43,080 nt of DNA. Source: a virus. Lineage: Duplodnaviria; Caudoviricetes. The position numbers and the translations under genes are program-made. Within the stretch, counting starts at the first letter, position 1. Every line of letters starts with the position of its first letter. The stretch covers positions 1-43,080 of IMG/VR virus record IMGVR_UViG_3300025513_000015; one strand, 5' to 3'. Positions 9,146 to 17,615 of this stretch are shown piece after piece. The notes below the pieces were generated by a model, which worked only from the letters and a program-made list of their open reading frames with translations, did not search any database and was not told the DNA's origin.

Positions 9146-9733
9146 ATGGCAAACCAAAATGGAGCCTTTGGCTTTAACCCGGTTCGTATGCAAGGATCAG
9201 GTCCGTCTACAAATGGACAGACTAGATATGCAATTGCGAATGGGGAAAATACAGGAAACATTTTCCAAGGAGCACTTGTGAAAATGGTAGCTGGTGGTAC
9301 AATCCAAGTTGCAACTGGCGTTGCGGATATTGCGTTAGGTGTGTTCAATGGTGCACAGTGGGTGGATACATCCTCTTCAAAACCAACATGGTCTAACTAT
9401 TTTCCAAACGCTACTTCATCTTACGATGGTATAATCAATGCTTTCGTTATTGACGATCCAAACCAATTATTTGAAGTTCAAGTATCTGGCGCGTTCGCAA
9501 ATACAAACATTGGTCAAACAGCAAACTTAGTCAACATGACTGACGGTTACACAGGGTCTGGGACATCTCAGGCGCAAGTTAACAGTTCTACATTTGGAAC
9601 TGGAGCAAACACAGCAGTGAGAGTTATTGGATTATCTGATAACCCTGAAAACTCTGACGTGACTGCTAACAACTGTAATATCGTAGTTAAACTTAACAAG
9701 CATTTTTACTCAAGTAATCTTGCAGGCATATAG
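9146..9733 (+). CDS. Putative capsid decoration/minor capsid protein
   Basis: AAGGAG SD; G/A/N/T-rich beta protein (AFGF.P...DDP) immediately before the major capsid gene. Confidence 0.6.
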   Translation: MANQNGAFGFNPVRMQGSGPSTNGQTRYAIANGENTGNIFQGALVKMVAGGTIQVATGVADIALGVFNGAQWVDTSSSKPTWSNYFPNATSSYDGIINAFVIDDPNQLFEVQVSGAFANTNIGQTANLVNMTDGYTGSGTSQAQVNSSTFGTGANTAVRVIGLSDNPENSDVTANNCNIVVKLNKHFYSSNLAGI

Positions 9734-9747
9734 GGAGTTAATAAACT

Positions 9748-10671
9748 ATGGCTATATCAAGAGCACAACTCGTTAAAGAGTTAGAGCCAGGTCTAAACGC
9801 CCTGTTTGGCTTGGAGTACGCACGTTACGATAATGAAGATAAAGAGATCTTTGATTCTGAATCTTCAGATCGTGCATTTGAAGAAGAAGTAATGTTAGCT
9901 GGTTTTGCTGGTGCACCTGTTAAAAATGAGGGAGCTGGAGTCGCATTTGACACAGCAAACGAAGTTTTCACAGCTAGGTACACACACGAAACTATCGCAT
10001 TAGCTTTTTCAATCACAGAAGAAGCGGTTGAAGATAACCTGTATGACAGATTATCTGCTAGATACACAAGAGCCCTTGCACGTTCAATGGCAAACACTAA
10101 GCAAGTAAAAGCTGCGGCTGTTTTAAACAACGCATTTGCTGCTGCTGGTGCTGCTGGAACAAACCCAGGTGGTGACGGCGTATCTTTAGTTAACACTCAG
10201 CACCCTCTTCAATCAGGTGGATTTTTGCAAAATAGATTAGCAACAGACGCTGACTTAAATGAAACATCATTAGAGCAGTCACTAATCGACATTGCAGCTT
10301 TCCTTGACGAAAGAGGATTAAGAACAGCTATCAAAGGAATGAAATTAATTGTCCCAAGACAATTACAATTCTCTGCTGATAGGCTTATGAACTCTACACT
10401 AAGAGTTGGTACAGCTGATAACGACATCAACGCAATCAGAAACATGTCAATGATTCCTGAAGGCTATGTTGTTAATCACTACTTAACTGATGCTGACGCT
10501 TTCTACATCAAAACTGACTGTCCAAATGGTTTCAAACACTTTGTAAGAACACCATTAAAAACAGTTATGGAAGGTGACTTTGATACAGGTAATATCAGAT
10601 ACAAAGCAAGAGAGAGATATTCTTATGGATTCTCTGATCCTCGTTGTGTATTCGGTACATCTGGTGCATAA
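9748..10671 (+). CDS. Major capsid protein (Mu gpT-like, HK97 fold)
   Basis: MAISRAQLVKELEPGLNALFGLEY start, ARYTHETIALAFSITEEA, GDFDTGNIRYKARERYSYG end; GGGAG SD; followed by a terminator. Confidence 0.9.
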   Translation: MAISRAQLVKELEPGLNALFGLEYARYDNEDKEIFDSESSDRAFEEEVMLAGFAGAPVKNEGAGVAFDTANEVFTARYTHETIALAFSITEEAVEDNLYDRLSARYTRALARSMANTKQVKAAAVLNNAFAAAGAAGTNPGGDGVSLVNTQHPLQSGGFLQNRLATDADLNETSLEQSLIDIAAFLDERGLRTAIKGMKLIVPRQLQFSADRLMNSTLRVGTADNDINAIRNMSMIPEGYVVNHYLTDADAFYIKTDCPNGFKHFVRTPLKTVMEGDFDTGNIRYKARERYSYGFSDPRCVFGTSGA

Positions 10672-10695
10672 GTAACAATTCAAAACATTAATTTT

Positions 10696-10723
10696 AAAGG
10701 GCGCTTTACTGCGCCCTTTTTTT
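10696..10723 (+). terminator. Rho-independent terminator after the major capsid gene
   Basis: AAAGGGCGC-tttact-GCGCCCTTT, with the T run continuing to 10723. Confidence 0.9.
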
Positions 10724-10733
10724 ATTCTATAAC
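10705..10733 (+). promoter_or_regulatory. Putative sigma70-like promoter nested in the terminator
   Basis: TTTACT (terminator loop) - 17 nt - TATAAC; predicted start about 10740. Confidence 0.5.
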
Positions 10734-10740
10734 TTAAACT

Positions 10741-10814
10741 ACAAGCATTAATACTTAGATACATACACTGAGCTTGTCAGACGGTATAGAGATTATGTAT
10801 CGAAAGGTCTATAC
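10741..10814 (+). ncRNA. Pseudoknotted structured RNA, probably the Mu-gpT-DE motif or a relative
   Basis: Interleaved pairings ACAAGC/GCTTGT, GATACATA/TATGTATC, CTG/CAG and GTATAGA/TCTATAC. Lies directly downstream of a gpT-like capsid gene, as described for Mu-gpT-DE RNAs. Confidence 0.6.
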
Positions 10815-10831
10815 AACCAAGGAGGTTTAAT

Positions 10832-11314
10832 ATGGCTACAACATCGTTTCAAGGGATCGTAAGATCGTATGGCGGACAAGACAAATCATCTGGAGCAACT
10901 CCAGGTGTAGTACTTCTATCAGAAGTAATTTCATTCGACGCAGCAGCAGCAGCAGTAGCTTTAACACCAGTTAGAATTGGTACAAGTGCTACAGCAGGTG
11001 AAACTTTTGTTTTACCTAAAGGTGCTATACCTGTTTCATTTTCAGTAGTGGTAGTATCAGTAGGTGCAAGTTCTACAGTTGATATAGGAACTACAGCTGA
11101 TGTAGATGGCTTCTTTAATGAAGTAGCTTCAGTTACAAAAGGAACTCTCAAAGGTGCAGATGGTGCTTTAGTTATTCCAGCGGGTATTCCAGCTAATGCT
11201 ACAGTAGCAGCTTCAGTAGGGGCAACAGCCGGTACAGGAACTGTTACAGGTGTATTTACTTATACAATAGTAGATAACGCTCAACCAGGAGAAGGACAAC
11301 CTTCACTAACATAA
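10832..11314 (+). CDS. Putative virion structural (head-associated) protein
   Basis: AAGGAGGT SD; A/G/T/V-rich; MATTSFQGIVRS start. Confidence 0.75.
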   Translation: MATTSFQGIVRSYGGQDKSSGATPGVVLLSEVISFDAAAAAVALTPVRIGTSATAGETFVLPKGAIPVSFSVVVVSVGASSTVDIGTTADVDGFFNEVASVTKGTLKGADGALVIPAGIPANATVAASVGATAGTGTVTGVFTYTIVDNAQPGEGQPSLT

Positions 11315-11329
11315 TTATATATTAACTCT

Positions 11330-11355
11330 GTGAGAGAGAGTAATGTCTCTCTCAC
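11330..11355 (+). other. Intergenic hairpin GTGAGAGAGA/TCTCTCTCAC
   Basis: 10-bp perfect stem, 6-nt loop, no U-tract, just 5' of the next SD. Confidence 0.6.
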
Positions 11356-11375
11356 CATGATAGGAGAACAATAAA

Positions 11376-11786
11376 ATGGCAAATACAATAACAGGTCCAG
11401 CAATTCAATTTCAAGGTGACCGAAAATTAATTAACACATGCTTTGTCTTAGCTGACGGAGGAAGCGCAAGTTCTATTACTTTAGTAGATGTCTCAGCACT
11501 TACCTCTAGTGGAGGCAATAGTTGCACTCGAGTAGCATTAAACAAAATATGGTATCAAGGCGCTGGAGCAGCAAATGCTTCTGCAACTATGGCTTGGGAC
11601 GCTACCTCAGATGTTCCTTTTCTTTCTTTAAACTATGATAACAACTTTGATTTTTCTAGTTTTGGAGCACTTCAAAATACACAGGCCGCAGGTTATTCAG
11701 GGGATGTTTTACTAGAGATTCCAACTACAAGTGTCGCTGGCCAAGAATACGTAGTTTGGTGCGAATGGATTAAGTATTACGATTAA
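11376..11786 (+). CDS. Putative virion structural protein
   Basis: AGGAGA SD; DGG..LVDVSAL..FDFSSFG..GDV pattern. Confidence 0.75.
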   Translation: MANTITGPAIQFQGDRKLINTCFVLADGGSASSITLVDVSALTSSGGNSCTRVALNKIWYQGAGAANASATMAWDATSDVPFLSLNYDNNFDFSSFGALQNTQAAGYSGDVLLEIPTTSVAGQEYVVWCEWIKYYD

Positions 11787-11788
11787 AT

Positions 11789-12061
11789 ATGGAAATAAAA
11801 ACTTCCGTTAAATCTGGTAATTTCCGCCCTACTAAATCAGGGGCGGGAATGACTACTAAAGGAGTTAAAGCTTATAGAAAAGCAAACCCCGGATCTAAAT
11901 TAAAAACGGCTGTTACAGGTAAAGTAAAAAAGGGAAGCAAAGATGCAAAGAGAAGAAAATCTTATTGTGCAAGGAGCGCTGGTCAAATGAAACAATTCCC
12001 TAAAGCAGCGGCCGATCCAAATTCTAGATTAAGACAAGCAAGGAAGAGGTGGAAATGTTAA
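11789..12061 (+). CDS. Small highly basic protein (DUF6321-like)
   Basis: RRKSYCARS...DPNSRL...WKC; K/R-rich. Confidence 0.75.
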   Translation: MEIKTSVKSGNFRPTKSGAGMTTKGVKAYRKANPGSKLKTAVTGKVKKGSKDAKRRKSYCARSAGQMKQFPKAAADPNSRLRQARKRWKC

Positions 12062-12927
12062 TAGATCCATCGAGAGCAGCCTACGATAAACTTCAAGCAA
12101 GCGTTAGCGAATACAGAAAAATAAATCCACACAGTAGAGATAAACGGTATGGAGAAGGTTTGACATTTGAAGATTTTAAAACTAGGTATGATGCGGGTAC
12201 AGACTCCTTCCAACCAACATATTCAGGTCCACCTATGCAACCATTACAATCTGCAAGCGGAGGACTAGGAGGGCTACTAAGTAGATTCCCAGGTTTGGGC
12301 AATGCCACACCAGGGCCGGTTGATCCAATTATGCAAGGATTTCAAGAGTCTGAGTTTCATAAAAACGCTAACAAGATGCAGCAAGATGCAGTCGACTTTA
12401 AATATAAAGGCAAAGACAGGACGATGAATAGTTCGATGCATGGAGCTTTTAAACAGTATTTAGATTCAATTGGTAAAAGAGATTTATATCAAGGAAATGT
12501 TTTTTCTACTCCCCAACAACCAGGAAGAGGTCTACTAAGTAGTACCCCAGGTGAAAATCCATACGCACTCAACAATCCATCGAATCCATTGAATCAATTG
12601 AATGTTACTCCCCCCGAAATTCCTGTAAGTATGCAACAACCGATACCAGGATTGGGAGCTCCTCCCCAAGGCATTGGTTCGTTGACACCTACTCCCCAAC
12701 AACCGATGACGCCTACTATGCCAGGAAATACTATGCCCGAAAATACAATGGGAGGAATTAATAGTTTGTCAGAATTTGGCAAACCACCTTCGTTAGGAGG
12801 GAATAATAGTTTTCAACCCAATCAACAACCGTTTAAGGATAATCAAGGACTTAATAGTTATATAGATAATATGGTTAATGGAAGATTAAAAGATATCTTC
12901 GGTGGGATAATGGGGTCATTTAAATGA
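12049..12927 (+). CDS. Pro/Gln/Gly-rich low-complexity protein (start may be ATG 12055)
   Basis: 292-aa ORF overlapping the previous stop; disordered-looking composition. Confidence 0.7.
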   Translation: MEMLIDPSRAAYDKLQASVSEYRKINPHSRDKRYGEGLTFEDFKTRYDAGTDSFQPTYSGPPMQPLQSASGGLGGLLSRFPGLGNATPGPVDPIMQGFQESEFHKNANKMQQDAVDFKYKGKDRTMNSSMHGAFKQYLDSIGKRDLYQGNVFSTPQQPGRGLLSSTPGENPYALNNPSNPLNQLNVTPPEIPVSMQQPIPGLGAPPQGIGSLTPTPQQPMTPTMPGNTMPENTMGGINSLSEFGKPPSLGGNNSFQPNQQPFKDNQGLNSYIDNMVNGRLKDIFGGIMGSFK

Positions 12928-13000
12928 TGAGTAGAACAGTGACTACCTATTCAATTTTAATGTATAAATTAATTTTATTTTTCTATAAACTATTTAACAA

Positions 13001-13195
13001 ATGCAAATAGATACCAAATATATCGCATCATTTCTTCCTATGATTTTAGCTGTAGGAGTTTTATATGGAAGTTTTTCAAATAAAATAGAAGCATTAGAAA
13101 GAGAAGTAAGTGATATTTCCCAGATGAAAACAGATGTAGCTATTATTAAGGAAAAAATAATGTGGATGGAAAACTATATGAGAAAAGGTAAATAA
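13001..13195 (+). CDS. Small membrane-anchored coiled-coil protein
   Basis: Hydrophobic N-terminal helix followed by a heptad pattern. Confidence 0.65.
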   Translation: MQIDTKYIASFLPMILAVGVLYGSFSNKIEALEREVSDISQMKTDVAIIKEKIMWMENYMRKGK

Positions 13196-13305
13196 TGTTT
13201 AAAAAAATAAAAAAAATATTTAAAAAGATTAGAGACTATTTAAAAAGATTAGCTTGTAATGTATTTCACATTAAAGAGTGTTCTTGCGATAATGACCAAA
13301 AATAG
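13195..13305 (+). CDS. Small cationic amphipathic Cys-containing peptide (36 aa, MFKKIKKIFKKIRDYLKRLACNVFHIKECSCDNDQK)
   Basis: Manually translated. TAATG coupling to the previous gene, AAGGT upstream; ends 4 nt before the next ATG. Confidence 0.6.
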   Translation: MFKKIKKIFKKIRDYLKRLACNVFHIKECSCDNDQK

Positions 13306-13309
13306 GTCA

Positions 13310-13489
13310 ATGACAAAAAGTACAGTTAATAAAGCAGGCAACTACACAAAACCTACTCTAAGAAAAAATATATTTAATCGTATTAAAGCACAAGCTTCAC
13401 ATGGAACTGGCGCTGGACAGTGGTCAGCGAGAAAAGCACAAGCGGTAGCTAAAGCATATAAAAAAGCTGGCGGAGGATATAAATCCTAA
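13310..13489 (+). CDS. Small basic protein
   Basis: NYTKPTLRK...GQWSARKAQ...YKKAGGGYK. ATG 13310 preferred over 13259 because the upstream peptide occupies that span. Confidence 0.75.
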   Translation: MTKSTVNKAGNYTKPTLRKNIFNRIKAQASHGTGAGQWSARKAQAVAKAYKKAGGGYKS

Positions 13490-13740
13490 TGGTTAATTTA
13501 AAAAAGTCACAAAAAAGTTTAAAAGCATGGGGAGATCAAAAATGGCAAACGAAATCTGGAAAGCCTTCTTCTAAGACAGGCGAAAGATATCTACCAGAAA
13601 AAGCAATCAAGAGCTTGACTCCTGCGGAATATGCGGCAACAACAAAAGCTAAAAGAAAAGGCAAAGAAAAAGGCAAACAATTTGTATCTCAACCAAAGAG
13701 TGTAGCAAAGAAAGTAAAACCTTTTAGACGTGTCTCGTAA
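13489..13740 (+). CDS. Small basic protein (DUF5872-like)
   Basis: QKSLKAWGDQKW.TKSGK...TGERYLP; TAATG coupling. Confidence 0.75.
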   Translation: MVNLKKSQKSLKAWGDQKWQTKSGKPSSKTGERYLPEKAIKSLTPAEYAATTKAKRKGKEKGKQFVSQPKSVAKKVKPFRRVS

Positions 13741-14314
13741 AAAACAAGCAGAAAAAATTAAAGCAGACGTTATTCAATGGTCTAAAAAAGTTCTCGAACC
13801 CATGAATAAACACATAGGTTTTCCCGCTTGCCCTTTTGCGGCTAAATGGAGAAAAGAAGGGAAAGTAAGAATTGAAGTTCGTATGGACAAAACAAAATAC
13901 GAAAAACATCTTACCGATGTAATTAAATCTTGGAACAAAAAACAACATGATATTATTATTTTTTGCGATCCTTTTTGGGATCAATTTACACCGGAACAAT
14001 TCCAAGAAAAAATAGATTTTTACAATAAGCTGTACAATAAAAAAGATGTTTATTTTATGGGTTTTCATCCTTCCAATCCCGCAACTCTAGAAGAACAAGC
14101 CTTTTTAGCAGACCCTACAGAAGAAGAAGTAAAACATAGTGATTTAGAATATTCTATGATGCTTGTTCAAAAGTTTAAACAACTGTATGAAGCAAGTTGC
14201 AAACTCCATAAGATAGGTTATTATGAGAAGTGGCCAAAGGATTACTACGAAGACGTAGTATTAACTAGGCAAAATTTATATAAAAAACTTTTTATTAAGG
14301 AGTACAAGTCATGA
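13730..14314 (+). CDS. Hypothetical protein (DUF1415-like CPFA motif)
   Basis: GTG start; PACPFA and MGFHP motifs. Confidence 0.7.
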   Translation: MSRKKQAEKIKADVIQWSKKVLEPMNKHIGFPACPFAAKWRKEGKVRIEVRMDKTKYEKHLTDVIKSWNKKQHDIIIFCDPFWDQFTPEQFQEKIDFYNKLYNKKDVYFMGFHPSNPATLEEQAFLADPTEEEVKHSDLEYSMMLVQKFKQLYEASCKLHKIGYYEKWPKDYYEDVVLTRQNLYKKLFIKEYKS

Positions 14315-14442
14315 TGAAAAAAAAACAAGTTATCAAAAAACGCGGTGGCGGAATGATGAAGAAACAAGTCGTTAAAAAACGCGGTGGCGGAATGATGAAA
14401 ATGAAAAAAGGTGGAATGACAACTAAAGGAACTAAAAAGTAA
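14311..14442 (+). CDS. Protamine-like K/G/M repeat peptide (43 aa)
   Basis: Manually translated MMKKKQVIKKRGGGMMKKQVVKKRGGGMMKMKKGGMTTKGTKK; TAAGGAG SD; ATGA overlap. Confidence 0.75.
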   Translation: MMKKKQVIKKRGGGMMKKQVVKKRGGGMMKMKKGGMTTKGTKK

Positions 14443-14448
14443 TTTAAT

Positions 14449-15138
14449 ATGTCTACTTCAGGTACAACCACTTTTACTCTAGATACAGAAGAACTTATCG
14501 CTGAAGCGTTCGAACGTTGTAATAAACAAGTAAGAACAGGTTATGATATTAAATCTGCTAAAAGAAGTTTAAATTTATTACTTTCTGAATGGGGTAATCG
14601 TGGTGTACATATTTGGAAAGTTGAAAATGCTACAATTAATTTAACTGCAGGCACAACTTCCTATCAACTTCCAGCTAATACCGATGATATTTTAGAAGCG
14701 GTTTTTAGAAATAATAATGTAGATACAACTATGACTCAGGTTTCAAGATCTGAGTATTTACAAATTCCTAATAAATTCTCTGAAGGAACACCAAGTCAAT
14801 ATTATGTACAACAAGAAATAGCCACTGCTAATGGTCAATCTAATGTAACAATTAATTTATATTTAACTCCTAATGTCACCGACACTCAAATTAATTTTAA
14901 TTATATGGCAAGGATTCAAGACGCTGGTTCTTATACAAACATACCAGATATTTATTATACTTTTTATCCTTGTTTAACTTCAGGATTAGCTTTTTATTTA
15001 TCTCAAAAATACAATCCGGTTAAAACTCAAGAATTAAAAATGTACTATGAAGATGAACTTAATAGGGCACTCATTGAAGGTAGTCAATCTACTTCAGTGC
15101 ACTTAACTCCACAAAACTTTTTTCCTTCGGGGTATTAA
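14449..15138 (+). CDS. Putative head-tail adaptor/tail tubular protein
   Basis: TSGTTTF...EAFER...RSLNLLLSEWGNRG...GLAFYLS...YEDE pattern; position after the head module. Confidence 0.65.
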   Translation: MSTSGTTTFTLDTEELIAEAFERCNKQVRTGYDIKSAKRSLNLLLSEWGNRGVHIWKVENATINLTAGTTSYQLPANTDDILEAVFRNNNVDTTMTQVSRSEYLQIPNKFSEGTPSQYYVQQEIATANGQSNVTINLYLTPNVTDTQINFNYMARIQDAGSYTNIPDIYYTFYPCLTSGLAFYLSQKYNPVKTQELKMYYEDELNRALIEGSQSTSVHLTPQNFFPSGY

Positions 15139-15140
15139 TT

Positions 15141-15476
15141 ATGGCGTTTGCGGTCGGCACTCATTCACAAGCTATCTGCGATAGATGTGGCTTTCAATAT
15201 TCTTACTTAGATTTAAAAAAAGAATGGAATGGTTTAATGGTTTGTACTCAATGCTATGAATCAAAACAACCGCAATTAAATCCTCCTTATAATAGACCTG
15301 ATCCAGAAGCTTTAAAAAACCCTAGACCAGATGGACCTAATGTAATGTACGTCTATGTAGGAGCACCAGGGGATAGTTCTTTTACTTCGGTGGGAATGCA
15401 ACCATCAGTTCAAGAACAACCATTGATTATAGGATCAAGAATTGGTAGAGTAGTAATAGAGATAGTGAACCCATAA
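15141..15476 (+). CDS. Zinc-ribbon-like hypothetical protein
   Basis: CDRC...KEWNG...CTQC; DPEALKNPRPD. Confidence 0.7.
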   Translation: MAFAVGTHSQAICDRCGFQYSYLDLKKEWNGLMVCTQCYESKQPQLNPPYNRPDPEALKNPRPDGPNVMYVYVGAPGDSSFTSVGMQPSVQEQPLIIGSRIGRVVIEIVNP

Positions 15477-16153
15477 TGAATTATTCTGAATTATTAGACA
15501 ATGTTAGAAACTACACGGAAGTAGATATTAATGTATTATCTAATTCCATTATTAATGTTTTTCTTATTAACATAGAAGATCAAGTAGCAAGGGAGGTTGA
15601 TTCCGATGCACAACGAAGATATGCCACCACTACCACTGTTGCTAATAATGCTTTTCTTAACGTTTCTGGCCCTGAAGGGGGATTCAGATTCGCTAGAGGA
15701 TTACAAATTCTCAACTCCGACAATGAGCGTACTTGGCTTCAACAAAGAGATGCCACCTTTTTAGATGAATACTCTCCTTTAAGAAGTGAATCTACAGGTA
15801 CAGGAGTCCCTAAATTTTGGGGAAATTGGGATGCTACTAATATTATTTTAGCTCCAACTCCTAGTGAAGTATATACTATTGAAATGTGGTATGATGAAAC
15901 TCCTGAAAGACTTAGTAATACTAATACAACAACATTCTTATCTACAAATGCTCAAGAAGTTTTAATTTACGGTTGTGTAGCTCAAGCATATTCTTACTTG
16001 AAAAATCCACAGGATATGCAAATATACGACCAGAAGTTTCAATCGGCGTTAACAACTTATGCTAACGAACAGATGGGACGTAAACGTAGGGACGAGTACA
16101 TGGATGGCGTGTTACGAATTCCTCTAAGATCAGTAGACCCAGGAGGTACATAA
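15476..16153 (+). CDS. Putative head-tail adaptor/tail protein
   Basis: G.PKFW...APTP...TFLS..A..VLIYG...RRDEY.DG pattern. Confidence 0.65.
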   Translation: MNYSELLDNVRNYTEVDINVLSNSIINVFLINIEDQVAREVDSDAQRRYATTTTVANNAFLNVSGPEGGFRFARGLQILNSDNERTWLQQRDATFLDEYSPLRSESTGTGVPKFWGNWDATNIILAPTPSEVYTIEMWYDETPERLSNTNTTTFLSTNAQEVLIYGCVAQAYSYLKNPQDMQIYDQKFQSALTTYANEQMGRKRRDEYMDGVLRIPLRSVDPGGT

Positions 16154-16154
16154 G

Positions 16155-16601
16155 ATGGCAATTAACCAAGCAGTTTGTGCTACATTTAAACAACAAGTTC
16201 TGTTAGCAGAACATAGCTTAACAGCAAATACTATTAACCTTGCGCTTTTTACAAGTTTAGCAGCTTTAGACGCAAACACAGCAGCGTATTCAGTAACTAA
16301 TGAAGTCCCAGACTCAGGAACATACGCAGCTGGCGGTGGTACTTTAGCAAGTGCAACTGTAGGCTTAACAAAAACTAATGCGACAGCATCAACAGCTTTT
16401 GTTGATTTTGCAAATTTAAGTTTTACTTCTGCAACTATTTCAGCACAAGCAGCTGTAATATACAATGCAAGTAATGCAAGTAATGTTAATGCAGCGATTG
16501 CAGTTTTAGATTTTGGTGGTGTAAAAACATCAACTAATGGAACATTCACAATTGCGTTTCCAACAAATGATGCAACAAGTGCTATATTGAGACTATCCTA
16601 G
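16155..16601 (+). CDS. Virion structural (tail) protein
   Basis: AGGAGG SD; Y.AGG..L...DF...VLDFGG.KTS..GTFTI.FP...AILR. Confidence 0.75.
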   Translation: MAINQAVCATFKQQVLLAEHSLTANTINLALFTSLAALDANTAAYSVTNEVPDSGTYAAGGGTLASATVGLTKTNATASTAFVDFANLSFTSATISAQAAVIYNASNASNVNAAIAVLDFGGVKTSTNGTFTIAFPTNDATSAILRLS

Positions 16602-16615
16602 TCTAGGAAGTCTCC

Positions 16616-17614
16616 ATGGCAGATTTACAAGGTTGGAGTAGAGAAACCTGGAGTTCAGGTTCTTTCGGTGAACAAGCACCAGTTAATGCTACAGGTGTCG
16701 AATTCAGCGCGAGCACTGGAACACTAAGTCAGATTTCTGACGTAGTAATAGTCTGTACACCCGTTACTTTATCTTTAGCTATAGGAGACTATACAGCTGA
16801 AGGTATAAATATTTTTCCGCTTACAGGCGTTCAATCTGTAAATACATTTTTAGGTACACCAACTATTGAAGAAGGTCACGCTGTTGAAGTAACAAGCTTG
16901 TCTATGACTTTTACCGAAGGGGAAGAAGCTAGTTCGGGATCAGTGGATGCTGGTTGGGGAAGATCCACCTGGGGTTCTTTTGCGTGGAATGAAAATATAG
17001 AAATTTTTGCGAACGTCACAGGCGTTCAAATGGTTTCCTCTTTAGCAGACGTATCTGTTTCCGTAGGAACAGGAGTTATTGTTTCTACAACAGGACTTCC
17101 AATTAATTCAACTTTAGATTCTGTTACTCTTGAAACAGATCAAATTATAGAACCTGATTCTTTAAGTATTGGCGTTGCTTTATCAGGAGCTACTGTTTCT
17201 GCTGAAGGAAGTGTAGCTGTCATTGCGCCAACAGATCAAATGGATTTCCAGCTAGGCACTGTTATAGCTGAAGCTCAAAGTATTGTTGATCCAAACCCTG
17301 TTGTAATCAATACAAGTCTAGGGTCAGTAGATATAGAGATTATTTCCGTTATTGAACCAACCGCTGTTACGTTAACTACTACTTTAGATAATGTCACTGT
17401 TTCCGTAGGAACAGGAGTTATTGTCTCTGCAACAGGAATAGGAATGACCTTTAGTGAGGCTTCTATATCTCCTACAGGTGATGCTTTAGTTTTCCCAACT
17501 TCATTGACTATGACCTTATCTTTAGCTAATATATATTCAACTCCATGGGCAAACGTAAACACCAATGCAAACAATACTTGGACAGGGGTAGATACTGCTA
17601 CGATAGCTGCGTAA
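16616..17614 (+). CDS. Tail fibre-like structural protein with Trp-Gly repeats
   Basis: GWSRETWSSGSFG and GWGRSTWGSFAWN repeats; T/V/S-rich beta repeats. Confidence 0.7.
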   Translation: MADLQGWSRETWSSGSFGEQAPVNATGVEFSASTGTLSQISDVVIVCTPVTLSLAIGDYTAEGINIFPLTGVQSVNTFLGTPTIEEGHAVEVTSLSMTFTEGEEASSGSVDAGWGRSTWGSFAWNENIEIFANVTGVQMVSSLADVSVSVGTGVIVSTTGLPINSTLDSVTLETDQIIEPDSLSIGVALSGATVSAEGSVAVIAPTDQMDFQLGTVIAEAQSIVDPNPVVINTSLGSVDIEIISVIEPTAVTLTTTLDNVTVSVGTGVIVSATGIGMTFSEASISPTGDALVFPTSLTMTLSLANIYSTPWANVNTNANNTWTGVDTATIAA

Positions 17615-17615
17615 A

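Noticed and set aside
10768-10806. Hammerhead ribozyme (CTGA ... CGAAA present)
   Set aside because: The core reads CTGAGCT rather than CUGANGA, and the helices do not match hammerhead topology.
13259-13309. ORF-track start at 13259
   Set aside because: Overlaps a translationally coupled 36-aa ORF in another frame; ATG 13310 fits better.
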